A DNA stretch of 30,426 nt. Origin: Octopus sinensis. Taxonomy: Eukaryota. The notes beneath the pieces were generated by a model. It saw only the letters and a list, made by a program, of their open reading frames with translations. It was not told where the DNA came from and did no database searches. Below are positions 1-12,504 of the stretch, piece after piece (positions within the stretch are counted from its first letter, which is position 1; the number at the start of each line of letters is the position of its first letter). The stretch lies in contig NW_021832621.1 in NCBI RefSeq assembly GCF_006345805.1, positions 1-30,426 on the forward strand, written 5' to 3'. The position numbers and the translations under genes are program-made.

Positions 1-52
1 GCAGAAGGGAAAACACCCAGTCGCATAGCATTATATTGCACAAATGTTTATC

Positions 53-60
53 TTCTATCT

Positions 61-143
<83 letters not shown>

Positions 144-190
144 GTCTGTCTGTCTATATATCTATCTGTCTGTCTGTCTGCCTGTCTGGT
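53..190. repeat. (TCTA)n/(TCTG)n microsatellite
   Basis: Direct inspection. Confidence 0.95.
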
Positions 191-720
191 GTTTATCTAG
201 AGAAATCGACCGGCTAATTCAAACATTACAAATGCAATCTGTGAGTGGAGCAATAAAAATATGCAAGACATTTCTCAAGTTCCAAATGTGAATTTCTATG
301 TGTTTACTACATCCCAAAGACGGAGCTTCGTATCTTTGTTGGAAACCGGCTCCCTCCTCAGTGGAAGATTTATAATAATTAAAAAATTGAAGAGAAATAC
401 CTAAACACATACATACATACATAAATACATACATACATAGATACATACATACATACATACATACATACAAACGTACATACATATATAGGCAAATACTTTT
501 ATGTGCGTGTGTACGTATGTATATATTAACGCATAACAAACACCCGTACCCTTTTACTATTATTCGTGTATTATATTTATGGACACGATGACTAGCTAAA
601 ATCAGGGATGCAACTTATAAGGGCACTAATTAATTTCATAATTATCATAATTATCTTAGCCAATCATTACAAATGTTGAACTATCCGCGCGCACACGTAT
701 TACATATACTCTTTAATTCT

Positions 721-939
721 TTTATTTCTTTACTTGTTTCAGTCATTTGACTGCAGCCATGCTGGAGCCCCGCCTTTAATCGAAGAAATCGACCTCAGGA
801 CTTGTTCTTTGTGAGCCAGGTACGAACATCTAAGTTACGGGGACGTAAACACACCAACATCGGTTGTCAAGTGATGTTGAAGGGACAATCACAGACACAC
901 AAACATATACATACATACACACACACGCACTCACACACG

Positions 940-1003
<64 letters not shown>

Positions 1004-1169
1004 CGATGGGCTTCTCTCAGTTTTCTTCTACCTAATCCACTCACAAGGCTTGGTCAGCCCAAGGTTATACAAGAAGATACTTGCCGAAGGTTCCACGCAA
1101 TGGGACTGAACTCGGAACCATGTGGTCGGAAAGCAAGCTTCTTAACCGCACAGCCACTACTGCACCTAC
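721..1169 (-). mobile_element. tRNA-derived SINE, family A, with internal (CA)n(TA)n tract
   Basis: Minus-strand head has an A box (TGGCTGTGCGG) and B box (GAGTTCAGTCCC). High similarity to 10921-11481. Confidence 0.85.
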
Positions 1170-1734
1170 GTGTGCAGCCACATTGAATTGATTATGGTAC
1201 TTTTCAATTTATGAAATCCAAGAAAAGAACAATTATTGTAGATCTGGTCTTTTGAGTTTTCCGTTTGTAGTCAATAGGTTAGCGATTAGGTGAGAGGTTA
1301 GATTGAACGTACGAAGCGTAATTGATGAGTGAAACAGAGATAATTGACAGAAACAGTGTTGAGAGGGGCAAAGTTCGGAAGAAACAGTCTGGTCTTTAAA
1401 TATTTTAGAAAGGAGGTCACGATACAATGATGCGTATGGCTGAGGATTGAACGCCAAAGATAATTGATGGAGACTATGGCGGACTTGTTTATGCTAAAAT
1501 GTTTAAATGTGAAAAACTATGGAAATAGGTAGGCGGGCGTGAATGTCAAGAGAGAAGAGAAAGCAGCTTAATGTTGTTTATCAGACCGTAAACATATTAC
1601 AGAGATAGATATAAAAGGGGTGAAATTTTTATTCAATGTTAAACAATGTTAAAATGTTGAACCGTTGGTTTGAAGAGGAAAAGGTCTTTATTTATTGGTA
1701 CTTTTAAAATTAATCGTTTGGTAGTTTGTCTGGA

Positions 1735-1870
1735 TTGCTGTCATGCTGGGGCATCACCTTGAAAGGTGTAGTTAAACAAGTTAAACAAAGCGAACTCAGA
1801 ACTACTTATTTTTTCTCTGTAGTGTTGGTACTTATTCTATCAAATTCTTTTGCCGAACCGTTAAGTTACT
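1735..1870 (-). mobile_element. Family A SINE 3' fragment
   Basis: catgctggggcatcacc...ggtacttattctatc...ttttgccgaaccgttaagttac. A similar scrap lies at about 24690-24755. Confidence 0.55.
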
Positions 1871-1875
1871 TAAGG

Positions 1876-1994
1876 ATATATATATATATGTGTGTATATA
1901 TATGTGTATATATATATATATATATAATATATATATATATATTAATATATATATATAATATATATATAATATATATATATCATACATATATATC

Positions 1995-2071
<77 letters not shown>

Positions 2072-2075
2072 ATAA
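1876..2075. repeat. Compound (TA)n/(TCTA)n microsatellite
   Basis: Direct inspection. Confidence 0.95.
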
Positions 2076-2944
2076 TAAAAAAATGATAAATAAAACATAT
2101 GCATATATACATACATATATGTACGTACCTACATCTATATGTATATATGCATGCATATATGAGTACAGGACATCAAAAAAACGTCGAACACAATGAGAAG
2201 CAAAACATAAAAACAAAACCATGGAAACGGACATTTTTTCAAACAACAAAAAAACAAGTACAAGACATACTACGCAAGGAAAATTCTCCTTCCTCAGCCG
2301 CCTCTGCTTCGTCTACTCCGTGTTTTGAAAGTAAAGGCGAGACACGACTTCATTGAAACATATAAATATATATATACATATATATATGGTGGACGAGTGT
2401 ACGCTTAAGCGAATGGTGATATATTCAGAGGAAAGGATTAACAAATGGAGAAAGACTTGCTGCCAGGAGATTTAAGTTAATATAATCAAAATGACTGGGT
2501 TGATGAAGATGACATTTTACTCTGGTAAAACTAAGTGTGGTGTGTAAGATCTGGGACTATTCCTAAAGAGGAAATTTAAACTGTGATGAGATTATTTCCG
2601 TGCACAGAAGCCAGAAAACCAAAATCATAGCTTCTACGTTTGCCTCCAATTAAAAAACAAAAACAGAAGCAATATGATAAACCTTTAAAATATCCCTATA
2701 ATTTATGAACCCTCAAACTCCCAACGCAATCATTCCCGTGTAATCGAATAAACCCTTATAATAATGACAAACCCAAACTTGCGTCACAAACTGTACAAAA
2801 ACTACAAAAACAATAACAAAATATAAATTTAAATTAATTATTCTCCAAGAAAAAAGGGGCTAAACATAACAACCATCAATGTCGATAGTTCAAACCCTAA
2901 TAAATTATTCAAAATATGTATTCCCTGAATCAATAAAATAAACA

Positions 2945-3475
2945 ATGCACACACACACACGCTACACACACATGCCACACACACAAACATACAAACACAC
3001 GCATACACATACACACATACACACAACACTCAAACACGCACAAACACACATACATACACTCAAACAAACACACACACACAAACATACATACAAATGCACA
3101 TACACACTCACAAACACATAGAAAAACACACACAGACATACATACACTCAAACACACATATACACACACACAAACATACATACAAATGCACGCATACTTA
3201 CAAACAAACACATAGAAAAACACACACAAACACACACAGAAACATACAACGCACAAATACACACTCAAACACACACAAACCCACATACACAAACACACAC
3301 ACACTCAAACACACACAAGCATACACACACACACGCACAGAAACGCACACACACACACAAACACGCACCATTGAAACACACACACACACACACACACAAA
3401 CACACAGACCCACACCATCACACACACACCACACACACACTTACACACAAACACACACACACACACACACCACAC
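2945..3475. repeat. Long degenerate (CA)n tract
   Basis: Direct inspection; source of several spurious ORFs. Confidence 0.95.
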
Positions 3476-3824
3476 TCCAATCAATAAACAAAATTATTTA
3501 TAATCATAAACGTTAGAACAGTTTAAATAAAACGTTGTCCAAGTGTAAACCAAAATGAAATTCTATATTCTTAAAACTTAATCTTACAGGTGAGTGTCAA
3601 ATAATGAACGCCAAAGCAGAGCCGTGGTAGTTAACCGGTCTCGAATGTCGCAACACCTTTGAAGCTGTTGTTAGTCATCAAGTCAGTTAAGGATAGGCCG
3701 TGTGTCCTCAAGTCGGTTAAGGATAGGCTGCGCTAGAACGGCAGGATGCGGACGATTTCAGAAACGAATTTATCAACAGAGGTTTGCAGCCTTAAGAAAC
3801 CAAGCTTGTCTCTCATCAAGAATC

Positions 3825-4200
3825 GTCGTCGTCGTCGTCATTGTTGTCCTCCTCCTCCTCCTCCTCCTTTTCCACTTCTTCCTCCTCCTCCTACCACATT
3901 CTCCACCCCTTCTCCTCCTCCTCCTATTCCACTTCTTCCTCTTCCTGCCCCTCCTCCCCCATTCTCCACCCTTTCTCCTCCTCCTCTCCCGCTTCTTCTT
4001 CCTCCTCCTTCTCCTCCCCCCTGCTCCCCCTTCTCCTTCTCCTCCTCCTCTTCTCCTACCCTTCCTCCTCCTCTTCCCCCTCTTCCTCCTCATCCTCCCC
4101 CTCTTCCTCCTCCTCCTCCCTCTCCTTCTCCTCATGCACCTCTTCCACCTCCTCCACATCTGCATTCCCACCCTCTTCCTCCTCTCATCACCCCTCCTGA
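3825..4200. repeat. Polypyrimidine (CCT/CTT)n low-complexity tract
   Basis: Direct inspection. Confidence 0.93.
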
Positions 4201-4249
4201 ATTTAATGGGTTGGAAATCGGTTATAGATGTTAAGGAATTAAAAAAAAA

Positions 4250-4300
4250 TTTAATAAGTACCAGCTGAGAACTGGGGTCGATGTAATCGACTTAACTACT
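4250..4300 (+). mobile_element. Family B SINE 3' fragment
   Basis: aataagtaccagctgagaactggggtcgatgtaatcgactt. Confidence 0.6.
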
Positions 4301-5789
4301 TTTGGTTAAGTGTGTAAAAACTGCAATCCCCAGTCAAGCCATGATCTGCCGATGTGAGAGAGTAGGCTCATCAAACCAGTATGATTACAAGTTGAAATTC
4401 GTGGCCTCCACGTCCGATCGTTGCTGGTGGAGAGAACATGCTGAGACCCTCGTCCTGCTGTGGACTGAACACAGGCAATCCACAAATCCCAAATGAAGTT
4501 ATAATTTCACGCTGGTTTCATTTGTTTAGTGTGATTTAAAGGGTTATTTACACCTAGGCGTTGATATACTCAATACAAAGGAAAGAGTACATCCTTTGAT
4601 TGATGCCCCTTATTACATCAGTGACAGAAGAACGGAAATGAGAAAAATATAAAAAAAAACAAAATATAACAGAACTTAAAATATAATTCAAATGATTTGA
4701 AATTGCTGTAGATTTTCTATCCCGGTTGCTATGGCAGCATCAGAGACAGAGGCAAAAATGTTATACTGTTATTTGAAGATGTATTTCGGAGTGAAATTCC
4801 TAACCCAAGAGAAAGCTTTTGTTTTGAGTTGGCACAGTTAGATCTATTCAAAATGCGAGTTACCGAAGACTGCGGGAGGCATCGATATATCCAACATCAG
4901 CGGAATAGCAACGGAATGTTAAATGAAAAACAAGAATAATAATTAAATGATTGGCCTTTGTTTTTCACGTGAACAATTTTGCCGAAGACGAATTTACAAT
5001 GAATTTATTAAAAGATCATATATTCCTGGAACATCTTAAATCGTTTTATTTAAGTTGATTGGCAAATGAAAACCCAGCAGAATTTGAAGTGTGAACAAAG
5101 AATCGTAAACAATCTAATTTTCCTATCTTTTGTCTGTATTATCTCCGCAAAAATAATGGAAAGAACATTAATATTCATACATGTATTCATACTGTATTTT
5201 ATCTACGATGTTCTTCGTGGAAATGCGATTTTGTTGAGAAAAGCCTTCGGCGTTATCCACATTAGGTTTTCATTTATAGCGACATGAAATTACAGGTTAA
5301 ATTCTCTTGCTATTTTATCTATACCAGATACGGAACAGCAGACTCGTCAGGTCAATGCAACACTCATGACATATATGAAAAGTTTCTTTATTAAAAGAAT
5401 CACCAGGGGATGGCTTGCAGGAAAATTCTATCGGATAGATTATGGAATTCTACTAGGCGTATTAAAACAGCAATATTCCCCTCACAATGAAAACAGATAA
5501 ACTACAAAATAAAAATGGTAGGTTTCTCTCAAGAGTTTAAATGCTTTATCAATTGGGTTCTTTATGATAAATAGTACTTATATGCATTCCATTCTCAATT
5601 TCATTTTCTGATATAACATATTCAGTTTATAGGCAAAACCGAGAAACTAGCAAAATCAAATCCTTATTATAGAAGAGATTCTGGAATTCTTGGAGGAATA
5701 ACAATAATCGAACAACAACTACAATAACGATGACGATGACGACGATGACGACGATGACGATGATGATAATAATAACAATCCTTTCTGTT

Positions 5790-5996
5790 ATAGAAACGAG
5801 GTCTGAAAGACTTTGCGGAAGAAAAAAAGAGTCGATTACATCGGCCCCAGTGTACAACTGGTACTTATTTCATTGACTCTGAGAGGAAGAAAAGCAAAGT
5901 AGATACTGACAGCATTTGAACTCAGAAGGTAAAGAAGGACGGAATGATGCTAAGTACTTTGTCCTGCGTGCTAACCAGTCTGCCAGCTCACCGCCT
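5790..5996 (-). mobile_element. tRNA-derived SINE, family B (degenerate)
   Basis: Reverse complement begins ggcggtgagctggcaga and includes gagttcaaat and aagtaccagttgtacactgggg. Confidence 0.75.
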
Positions 5997-6044
5997 TAAG
6001 ATGATGATGATGATGATGATGATGATAATAATAATACTAACAAT

Positions 6045-6250
6045 GATTTCAAATTTTGCCACAAGGGCAGCATTGGGGAGGGGATTAAATCGATTCAACC
6101 GACCCCAGTGCGTAACTGGTACTTATTTAATCGACCCCGGAAGGGTGAAAGGCAAAGTCGACCATGGCGGAATTTGAACTCATAATGTAGGGGCAGACGA
6201 AATACTGCTAAGCATTTCGCCCGGCGTGCTAGCGATTCTGCCAGCTCGCA
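6045..6250 (-). mobile_element. tRNA-derived SINE, family B
   Basis: Reverse complement gcgagctggcagaatcgctagcacgccgggcgaaatgcttagc...gagttcaaattcc...aagtaccagttacgcactggggtcg contains A and B boxes. Confidence 0.85.
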
Positions 6251-7989
6251 GTAAGTTCTATTATGTCCCTAGAAAAGGATCGCGATCCTGAATCAATCAA
6301 AATTATCTGAATACCAAGAGTAAATGCCATCCCCCAAGGGACATTTTTAGCCTCCAAACATACAGCTGATATTAAATCAGTCACTTTGCACTCTGCATAT
6401 GTCTTTCCTCTTCTTGCGATTACATAAATTTAAGGGAGGCCAGCACCTCTTCCTCCACCCAACACTTCTTCAAGGAAACGTTGAAAACTACGATGAGCTG
6501 AGGCAAAAAGAAAAGTGTTTCACTCTAGCCCTTACAGTTAGACCCACAACATATTTTCCCACTGTAGCTATCCGACAGAAGAAGATTATCTGTCCTTTTT
6601 GGCCAAAGGAAGGTGGTCGGCCATCTTTAAAATGGACAAGAATTTTTCCTTTTCTTTAGAGATTTCCATCTCTTAGCTCGCCTTCTTCTGCAGTGCCCAC
6701 ATTCGTCTTGTTACCCTTTCTGCTTTTAGTTTAATATGGAAGAAGTACTGCTTCTTGTAACCTCCGAATGGTTTTGTGCAACAGACAGAAATCTCTGTTG
6801 TGCTCCCACGTACATTCACCCACATAACAAATACAGATATATACACGTATAAATACATATTGTGCTCTCGTTTCCGCTCCTATATTTATAAGTTCCTGCA
6901 TCAATAACGACGTGCATACAGGAATCTGTACCGTAGTGTATTTATTAGAGCGATTTATAAAGCACGCAGACTTACGATGACGTACGTACACATACTGCAG
7001 GAAACTTTTTAAATTAAATTTATTTTCATTTTCTGGTAAATGATAGAACTCATACGATTTTAAATTGATATTCAATTAACGTAAGCGAGTCAGCATGTAA
7101 AATGTTTACACGCTCAGTTAACCAAAACATTTCCTATCAACAATAATATGATTTCTCCTCCTACCTGTAATTGCACTGCGCTAAATAAAAGCCAGATTGA
7201 TGGAAAAACATTTTTCAAACGCTTCTTTGTATTGTTCTACGATTCAATCGAATAATAGCTGTACTCACTTGTATTCACTGAGTTTTATTTTAAACTTACT
7301 TTTTTATCAGTATATCTATACATCCGAGATACTGGATAAAATAAACTACACTAAACGTTCCAAGTATATTTGGTACTTAAAAGAATCAAATTCAAAGGTC
7401 ATTTTCCTTTTCCATTTTGCTATGATTCTACGTACGTACGTTTTAGAGGTCGTCCTAATAGATGCGCCAACTTTGCTTAACTTAAAAACTATTAATTGTA
7501 TTTAAAGAAATGTATGGTTTAAAAAAAAGACCAGAGATTGATGGCTATAGCAGGCAAGCGTCAAAATACTTTCCAATTACCTCCACTAAATGAATGATTC
7601 TAATTCTAATATAAATCCTAAAAGATCGTAAATTCTGACATTTGGAAGAACATTATTAAGATTCTAAAGTTTTCAATGACATCTGAATATATCCAATAAT
7701 TTCATATGAAATGCTGAATTTTAAAATGCGCAATTATTAAACATTTGAAATTTTTTTCACTCTATACGGATATTCTGTATATTTTTGTATACTTTTGTCT
7801 AATCTGTTCTAAATGACAAACATCACTATTTTCATATGACGGTTATATTAGCAATAAGATCACTCTATTCCATTTTATCCTTTAAACATTTCCATGCTTT
7901 TAATATTACCACACGCCAAATTTTGGCCATCATCACATTCATATGAAGATATTAACAGCGATAAACAATGTGTAGCAAATATCGGTAAC

Positions 7990-8036
<47 letters not shown>

Positions 8037-8358
8037 AGAGAGAGAGAGAGAGAGAGAGAGATTCAGATGAATATGGTGCTTAATTTGAGGCACCAGAATT
8101 TAGTACGGTAGTATCCATACAATTTCAAAGTAAGGTGATTAAAATCAAAATAAGCAACAAGGATATCCAGAGGTAATGCAGTACGATCGTTTCAAGCAAC
8201 TCCATTTAATTGAACGATGCAATCATTACATCAATTTAAAACGCAGAGCAATCTTCAGCTGCACAAAGACATAGAATTTAATTAGATTACAACAGATGGA
8301 CTCATTAGTATAATTATACCTAAAATCTCCGAGACGTTAAGGAGATAGTCAAAGAACA

Positions 8359-8411
8359 TGCTGTTCTTACTCCAGTATAGAAGCTACCTCTATGCTGGAG
8401 TAAGAGCAGCA
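8359..8411. other. 23-bp stem hairpin with a 7-nt loop
   Basis: tgctgttcttactccagtataga-agctacc-tctatgctggagtaagagcagca: 21 Watson-Crick pairs plus 2 T:G positions. Confidence 0.9.
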
Positions 8412-8566
8412 GAAGTTACCTTATATATATGTATGTATGTGTATGTATGTATATTTAGTCGTCCGTATATATTCACATAAATATTCGTGTATGTGTATAC
8501 ATATATCTATGTATACACATACAAAAATAAATGTATGTATAAAGAGAGATATGCTGAAATAAAGAG

Positions 8567-8608
<42 letters not shown>

Positions 8609-8715
8609 GGGAGAGAGAGAGGGAGAGAGAGTGAGAGTGAGAAAGAGGGATCGAATTGAAGTTTAAAAAAATTAAGAGAATGACACAATGATTAGAAACA
8701 CCTGTAGTTGTTTAC

Positions 8716-8870
8716 CTGCTCTTTTGTGACGTATAAGGGTTTGTTTAGCAATATCCACGTGACGGTCTCTTGACAGCCGGGTTGTGTGAGCGAACCTTCA
8801 TAGGTCATATATCGTTCCGTTTGGGGTAGAAGGTCAGCTAGTAATATTTCCGATATATTTCTTTCTTGAC
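8716..8870 (-). CDS. CA10: CA10-like internal exon D, 155 nt, phase 1-0
   Basis: Acceptor gtttttggcag|GT, donor CAG|gtaaac. Encodes (G)QERNISEILLADLLPQTERYMTYEGSLTQPGCQETVTWILLNKPLYVTKEQ, containing the alpha-CA TYxGSLTxPxCxExVTW motif. Confidence 0.95.
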
Positions 8871-8979
8871 CTGCCAAAAACAACGCACATTTGTAAAACA
8901 CTCTTGAAATTGCTTAATTTTAAACATGGCGATTACGTGAATAATATTTAAGAGATATGGAACGGGTAAATCCCAGGGT

Positions 8980-9304
8980 CATTCATGACCATGGCAATGC
9001 ACTTAGAAAGTTCCCCCCACTGGGGCATAAGTCCGGGCAAGGTTGTTTTTATGGAAGACTAGCAGTCGCCCATGCATACCAATCTCGTCTCTCCACGTCA
9101 CCGATGTTGCCCAAAGGAAAGGAAAAGGCCGATACAGCTAGGTGCCAGTGACATTGTAACTCATTTCTGTAGCTGAGGGAGCTGGAGCAACGTGAAATAA
9201 AATGTCTTGTTCAAGAACACAACACACAGCCCGGTCCAGGAATCGAACTCACTACTTCATGATTGTGAGACCAATGCTTTAGCCTCTAATCCATGCGTCT
9301 TCAC
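8980..9304 (-). mobile_element. tRNA-derived SINE, family C (CORE-like domain)
   Basis: Minus-strand head has a B box (GAGTTCGATTCC) followed by gtgttgtgttcttgaacaagaca (CORE-like). Confidence 0.72.
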
Positions 9305-9732
9305 ACCCGCCACATATATATATCCATAGATCCTTTTATAAAATCATTGCCGTACGTTAACAAATTCCTTAGCTAGAAACAAAGAGTTCTTAGAGAAGCA
9401 TGGTTAACGCAGCTATTAATGAAACTCAATATGTATGGTATATGCAGACGTACACACACACAATATTGATATTGTTATAAATAAATATTTAACATGTCAG
9501 AAATGAACATATTAATAGATGTTTTGAAAACACTTCAAATTCACTGGATTTATAGCAAGGCTTATATAAAGACAAATGTGGTAACAGATAGATAGAGAGA
9601 TAGATAGGTAGACAGACAGAAAATAGAGAGATAGAGAGATAAATAAATGAAGAGATAGAAAGATAGATAAGTAGACAGACAGACATATATGTAGTATATT
9701 ATATTAATATATAATAATATATAATATATATA

Positions 9733-9783
<51 letters not shown>

Positions 9784-9894
9784 TAGATAGATAAATCGAT
9801 AGAAGAGAGAGCAGATAGAGAGTAAAAAGACAGTCGACACACACAACAGGTACACACACACACACACACACACATACACATACACACATACTAT

Positions 9895-9938
<44 letters not shown>

Positions 9939-10920
9939 AAGAAATAAAGAAAGAAAGAGATAACTATTAAGAATAAATGGTGATACAATGGTATTGTCGA
10001 AATGATCACCGAACAAAACTTTTCACCTAAGTTATGGTACAATTTTGAAGAGAGAGAGAAAATTATTGCCTTGTGGCCAGCTTTCCAGCCTGATAGAATG
10101 GTTTTCGAGGTACTTGAAGTAAATTGGTGACTGGAAAGTAGTTAAAAACAGCAGAAATCAGATATAAATGAGGTGATTTGATGATTTCATTTCCGTTTCG
10201 GGTTACGTTCATTTAAAGTTGGTTATAACAGCAATTAATGTATGCTATTACTGTCAAGGCATTCAGAGCTGAATGGTTGGAGTCGCCTCTGCCATATTTT
10301 TGACTCTCGAGTCAGCTAAATCTTTCAAAGACCAATATTTTTACTCCAGGTAGTTTTTTGGCTCTTTACCAGGACCAATGAGTGTTAGATCGTAAATGCT
10401 ATTAATTTAGACGTCTGTATACACTCGACAACCGATATTTCTCGATCCTTGTAAAGTAATTCGCCATGACTATGTTAGTAGATACTATATCTATTATGAG
10501 ACCTGATAAGATATGAGACCTAATCTACGGCGACAAGCTTCATCAATATCAAAGCTTAGCTTTTCTAAAGTTCGAAAAGAAAGATGCATGTTGAATTGAT
10601 ATGATTATTAAAAGCGGCAATGTAGATTTAAGTGCTTGACGTAGAAAGAATTCCCGCTGAAAGTAACGGAATACTTTGAAAATACTCCAGGATGTTACGG
10701 TTTTCGAATCTATACCTTTATTCTTGAATTGATCTTATTTTTAAGCGCCAAACACATTTCGACAAGTTCTCGTTTCTTGCTCCCGTGAAGTTATCCGCCA
10801 TGATAATGTAAGCTGTTATTCTACCCTATTGCTTAGAATGGAAGTAAAAATGAAAAAAATAGGACAAAAGCTCAATAAACTTGAAAACACGGATGGGTCA
10901 TTGGCCCAAAACATTCCGAC

Positions 10921-11206
10921 TCTTTTACTCTTTTACTTGTTTCAGTCATTTGACTGTGGCCATGCTGGAACACCTCCTTTAGTCGAGCAAATCGACCCCA
11001 GGACTTATTCTTTGTAAGCCTAGTACTTATTCTATCGGTCTCTTTTTGCCGAACCGCTAAGTTACGGCGACGTAAACACACCAGCATCGGTTGTCAAGTG
11101 ATGTTGAGGGGCAAACACAGACACACAAACACACACACACACACACCATACATTCATAATACATACATATATACATATCTATATATATATATCTATATCT
11201 ATACAT

Positions 11207-11305
<99 letters not shown>

Positions 11306-11481
11306 GTACATATATACGACGGGCTTCTTTCAGTTTCCGTCTACCAAATCCACTCACAAGTCTTTGGTCGGCCCGAGGCTATAGTAGAAGACACTTGCCC
11401 AAGGTGCCACGCAGTGGGACTGAACCCGGAACCATGTGGTTGGGAAGCAAGCTTCTTACCAAAAAGCCACTCTTGCGTCTA
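10921..11481 (-). mobile_element. tRNA-derived SINE, family A, near full length
   Basis: Head has a B box (GGTTCAGTCCC) followed by CORE-like CCTTGGGCAAGTGTCTTCT, with an internal (CA)n/(TA)n tract. Lies about 70 nt from the exon C donor. Confidence 0.87.
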
Positions 11482-11551
11482 TAAACTTTGTGTGGTTTAT
11501 TTTGCTAATTATGGATTTGTTCATCTTACTTTTCGGTACAGTACTCCTTAC

Positions 11552-11618
11552 CTTTAAATAAAATATTTTGGAATTCTTTTGAAAGCACTTCGAATTCATT
11601 GTTTGGTTTATCACCAAT
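11552..11618 (-). CDS. CA10: CA10-like internal exon C, 67 nt, phase 0-1 (absent from ORF track)
   Basis: Acceptor tttttcgtttcag|ATT, donor AAAG|gtaagg. Encodes [22 protein letters not shown]+G. Its phase 1 end matches the GT start of exon D. Confidence 0.88.
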
Positions 11619-11861
11619 CTGAAACGAAAAAGAAAAAGCCATGGAATTTATTAGCTTAAAAAAGGCACAGGAAAAAGAACATAGCAAAAACGTGTTTAAA
11701 AATATGTTTATATTAATGAATTATATGTAAAAATGAATTAAAAGTATAAAATAATATCGGACGTCATAAGCACACATTTGAGCAGAAAGGAGCAACATTC
11801 CATCATTTAGACGTTCGAATACTTTGGCAGTTATTTTACTCATAATCTGACACACGGAGAA

Positions 11862-12093
11862 GGGCGGCGACCTGGCAGAAACGTTAGCAAGTCGGGCAAA
11901 ATGCTTAGCGGTATTTCGTCCGTTTTTACGTTCTGAGTTCAAATTCCGTCGTGGTTGACTTTGACTTTCAACCTTTCGGGGTCGAATAAATACGTAGCAG
12001 TTACGCACTGGGGTCGCTGTAATCAACTTTATTCCTTTGTCCGTCCTTGTTTGACTCCTCTATGTTTAGCCTCTTGTGGGTAATAAAGAAATA
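11862..12093 (+). mobile_element. tRNA-derived SINE, family B
   Basis: A box tggcagaaacg, B box gagttcaaattcc; about 80% identical by eye to the reverse complement of 6045-6250. Confidence 0.85.
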
Positions 12094-12307
12094 ATGGCGG
12101 CAAGGTGGCAGAAACGTTAGCACGCCGGGCGAAATGTTTAGCGGTACTCCGTCTGTCTTTACGTTCTGAGTTCAAATTCCGCCGCGGTTGACTTTGCCTT
12201 TCATCCCTTCGGGGCTGATAAATTAATTACCAGTTACGTACCGGAGACGATCTAATCGACTGGCCCCCTCTCCAAACATTTCGGGCCTTGTGTCTAGAGT
12301 AGAAACG
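12094..12307 (+). mobile_element. tRNA-derived SINE, family B (different tail), head-to-tail with the previous copy
   Basis: atggcggcaaggtggcagaaacgttagcacgccgggcgaaat...gagttcaaattccgcc. Confidence 0.85.
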
Positions 12308-12504
12308 ATCATTTATACGTTACAATACTTCGACAGTTATTTTGCTCATAATTTGACACCCGGAGTTATTTCTAGCGGCAAACGTCGAATTGAAGTGAAG
12401 CATGAAATGATTGAGTTGAATATCTCTTTTCGTTTACTGTTTTTGCAGTTTTGTCTGTGGTTACTTCTTGGAATTGTCTTGATGGGTTTAGGTGAACATA
12501 TCGA

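Noticed and set aside
2930-3516. HT/CV/YI-repeat ORFs here and at 17500-18466, 25900-27570 and elsewhere
   Set aside because: Microsatellite translation artefacts.
3702-4268. Pro/Ser/Leu/Arg-rich ORFs (also 21970-22752)
   Set aside because: Translations of (CCT/CTT)n tracts, open in several frames at once, with no splice or domain support.
4390-4496. WWREHAETLVLLW resembling a Myb/SANT-like start
   Set aside because: Too short; similarity is at chance level.
6276-6289. 14-bp perfect palindrome AGGATCGCGATCCT
   Set aside because: Isolated and short, with no supporting context.
6380-6860. Possible decayed transposase or exon (tttcctgcag acceptor-like site near 7000)
   Set aside because: No CA similarity and no recognisable domain.
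1-8715. Next CA10-like exon (expected NxRP...RTN motif)
   Set aside because: Manual minus-strand scan found no matching exon. It probably lies left of the window, though a short divergent exon could have been missed.
11862-11950. tRNA-like A/B boxes as real tRNA genes
   Set aside because: No complete cloverleaf; they continue into multi-copy SINE bodies.
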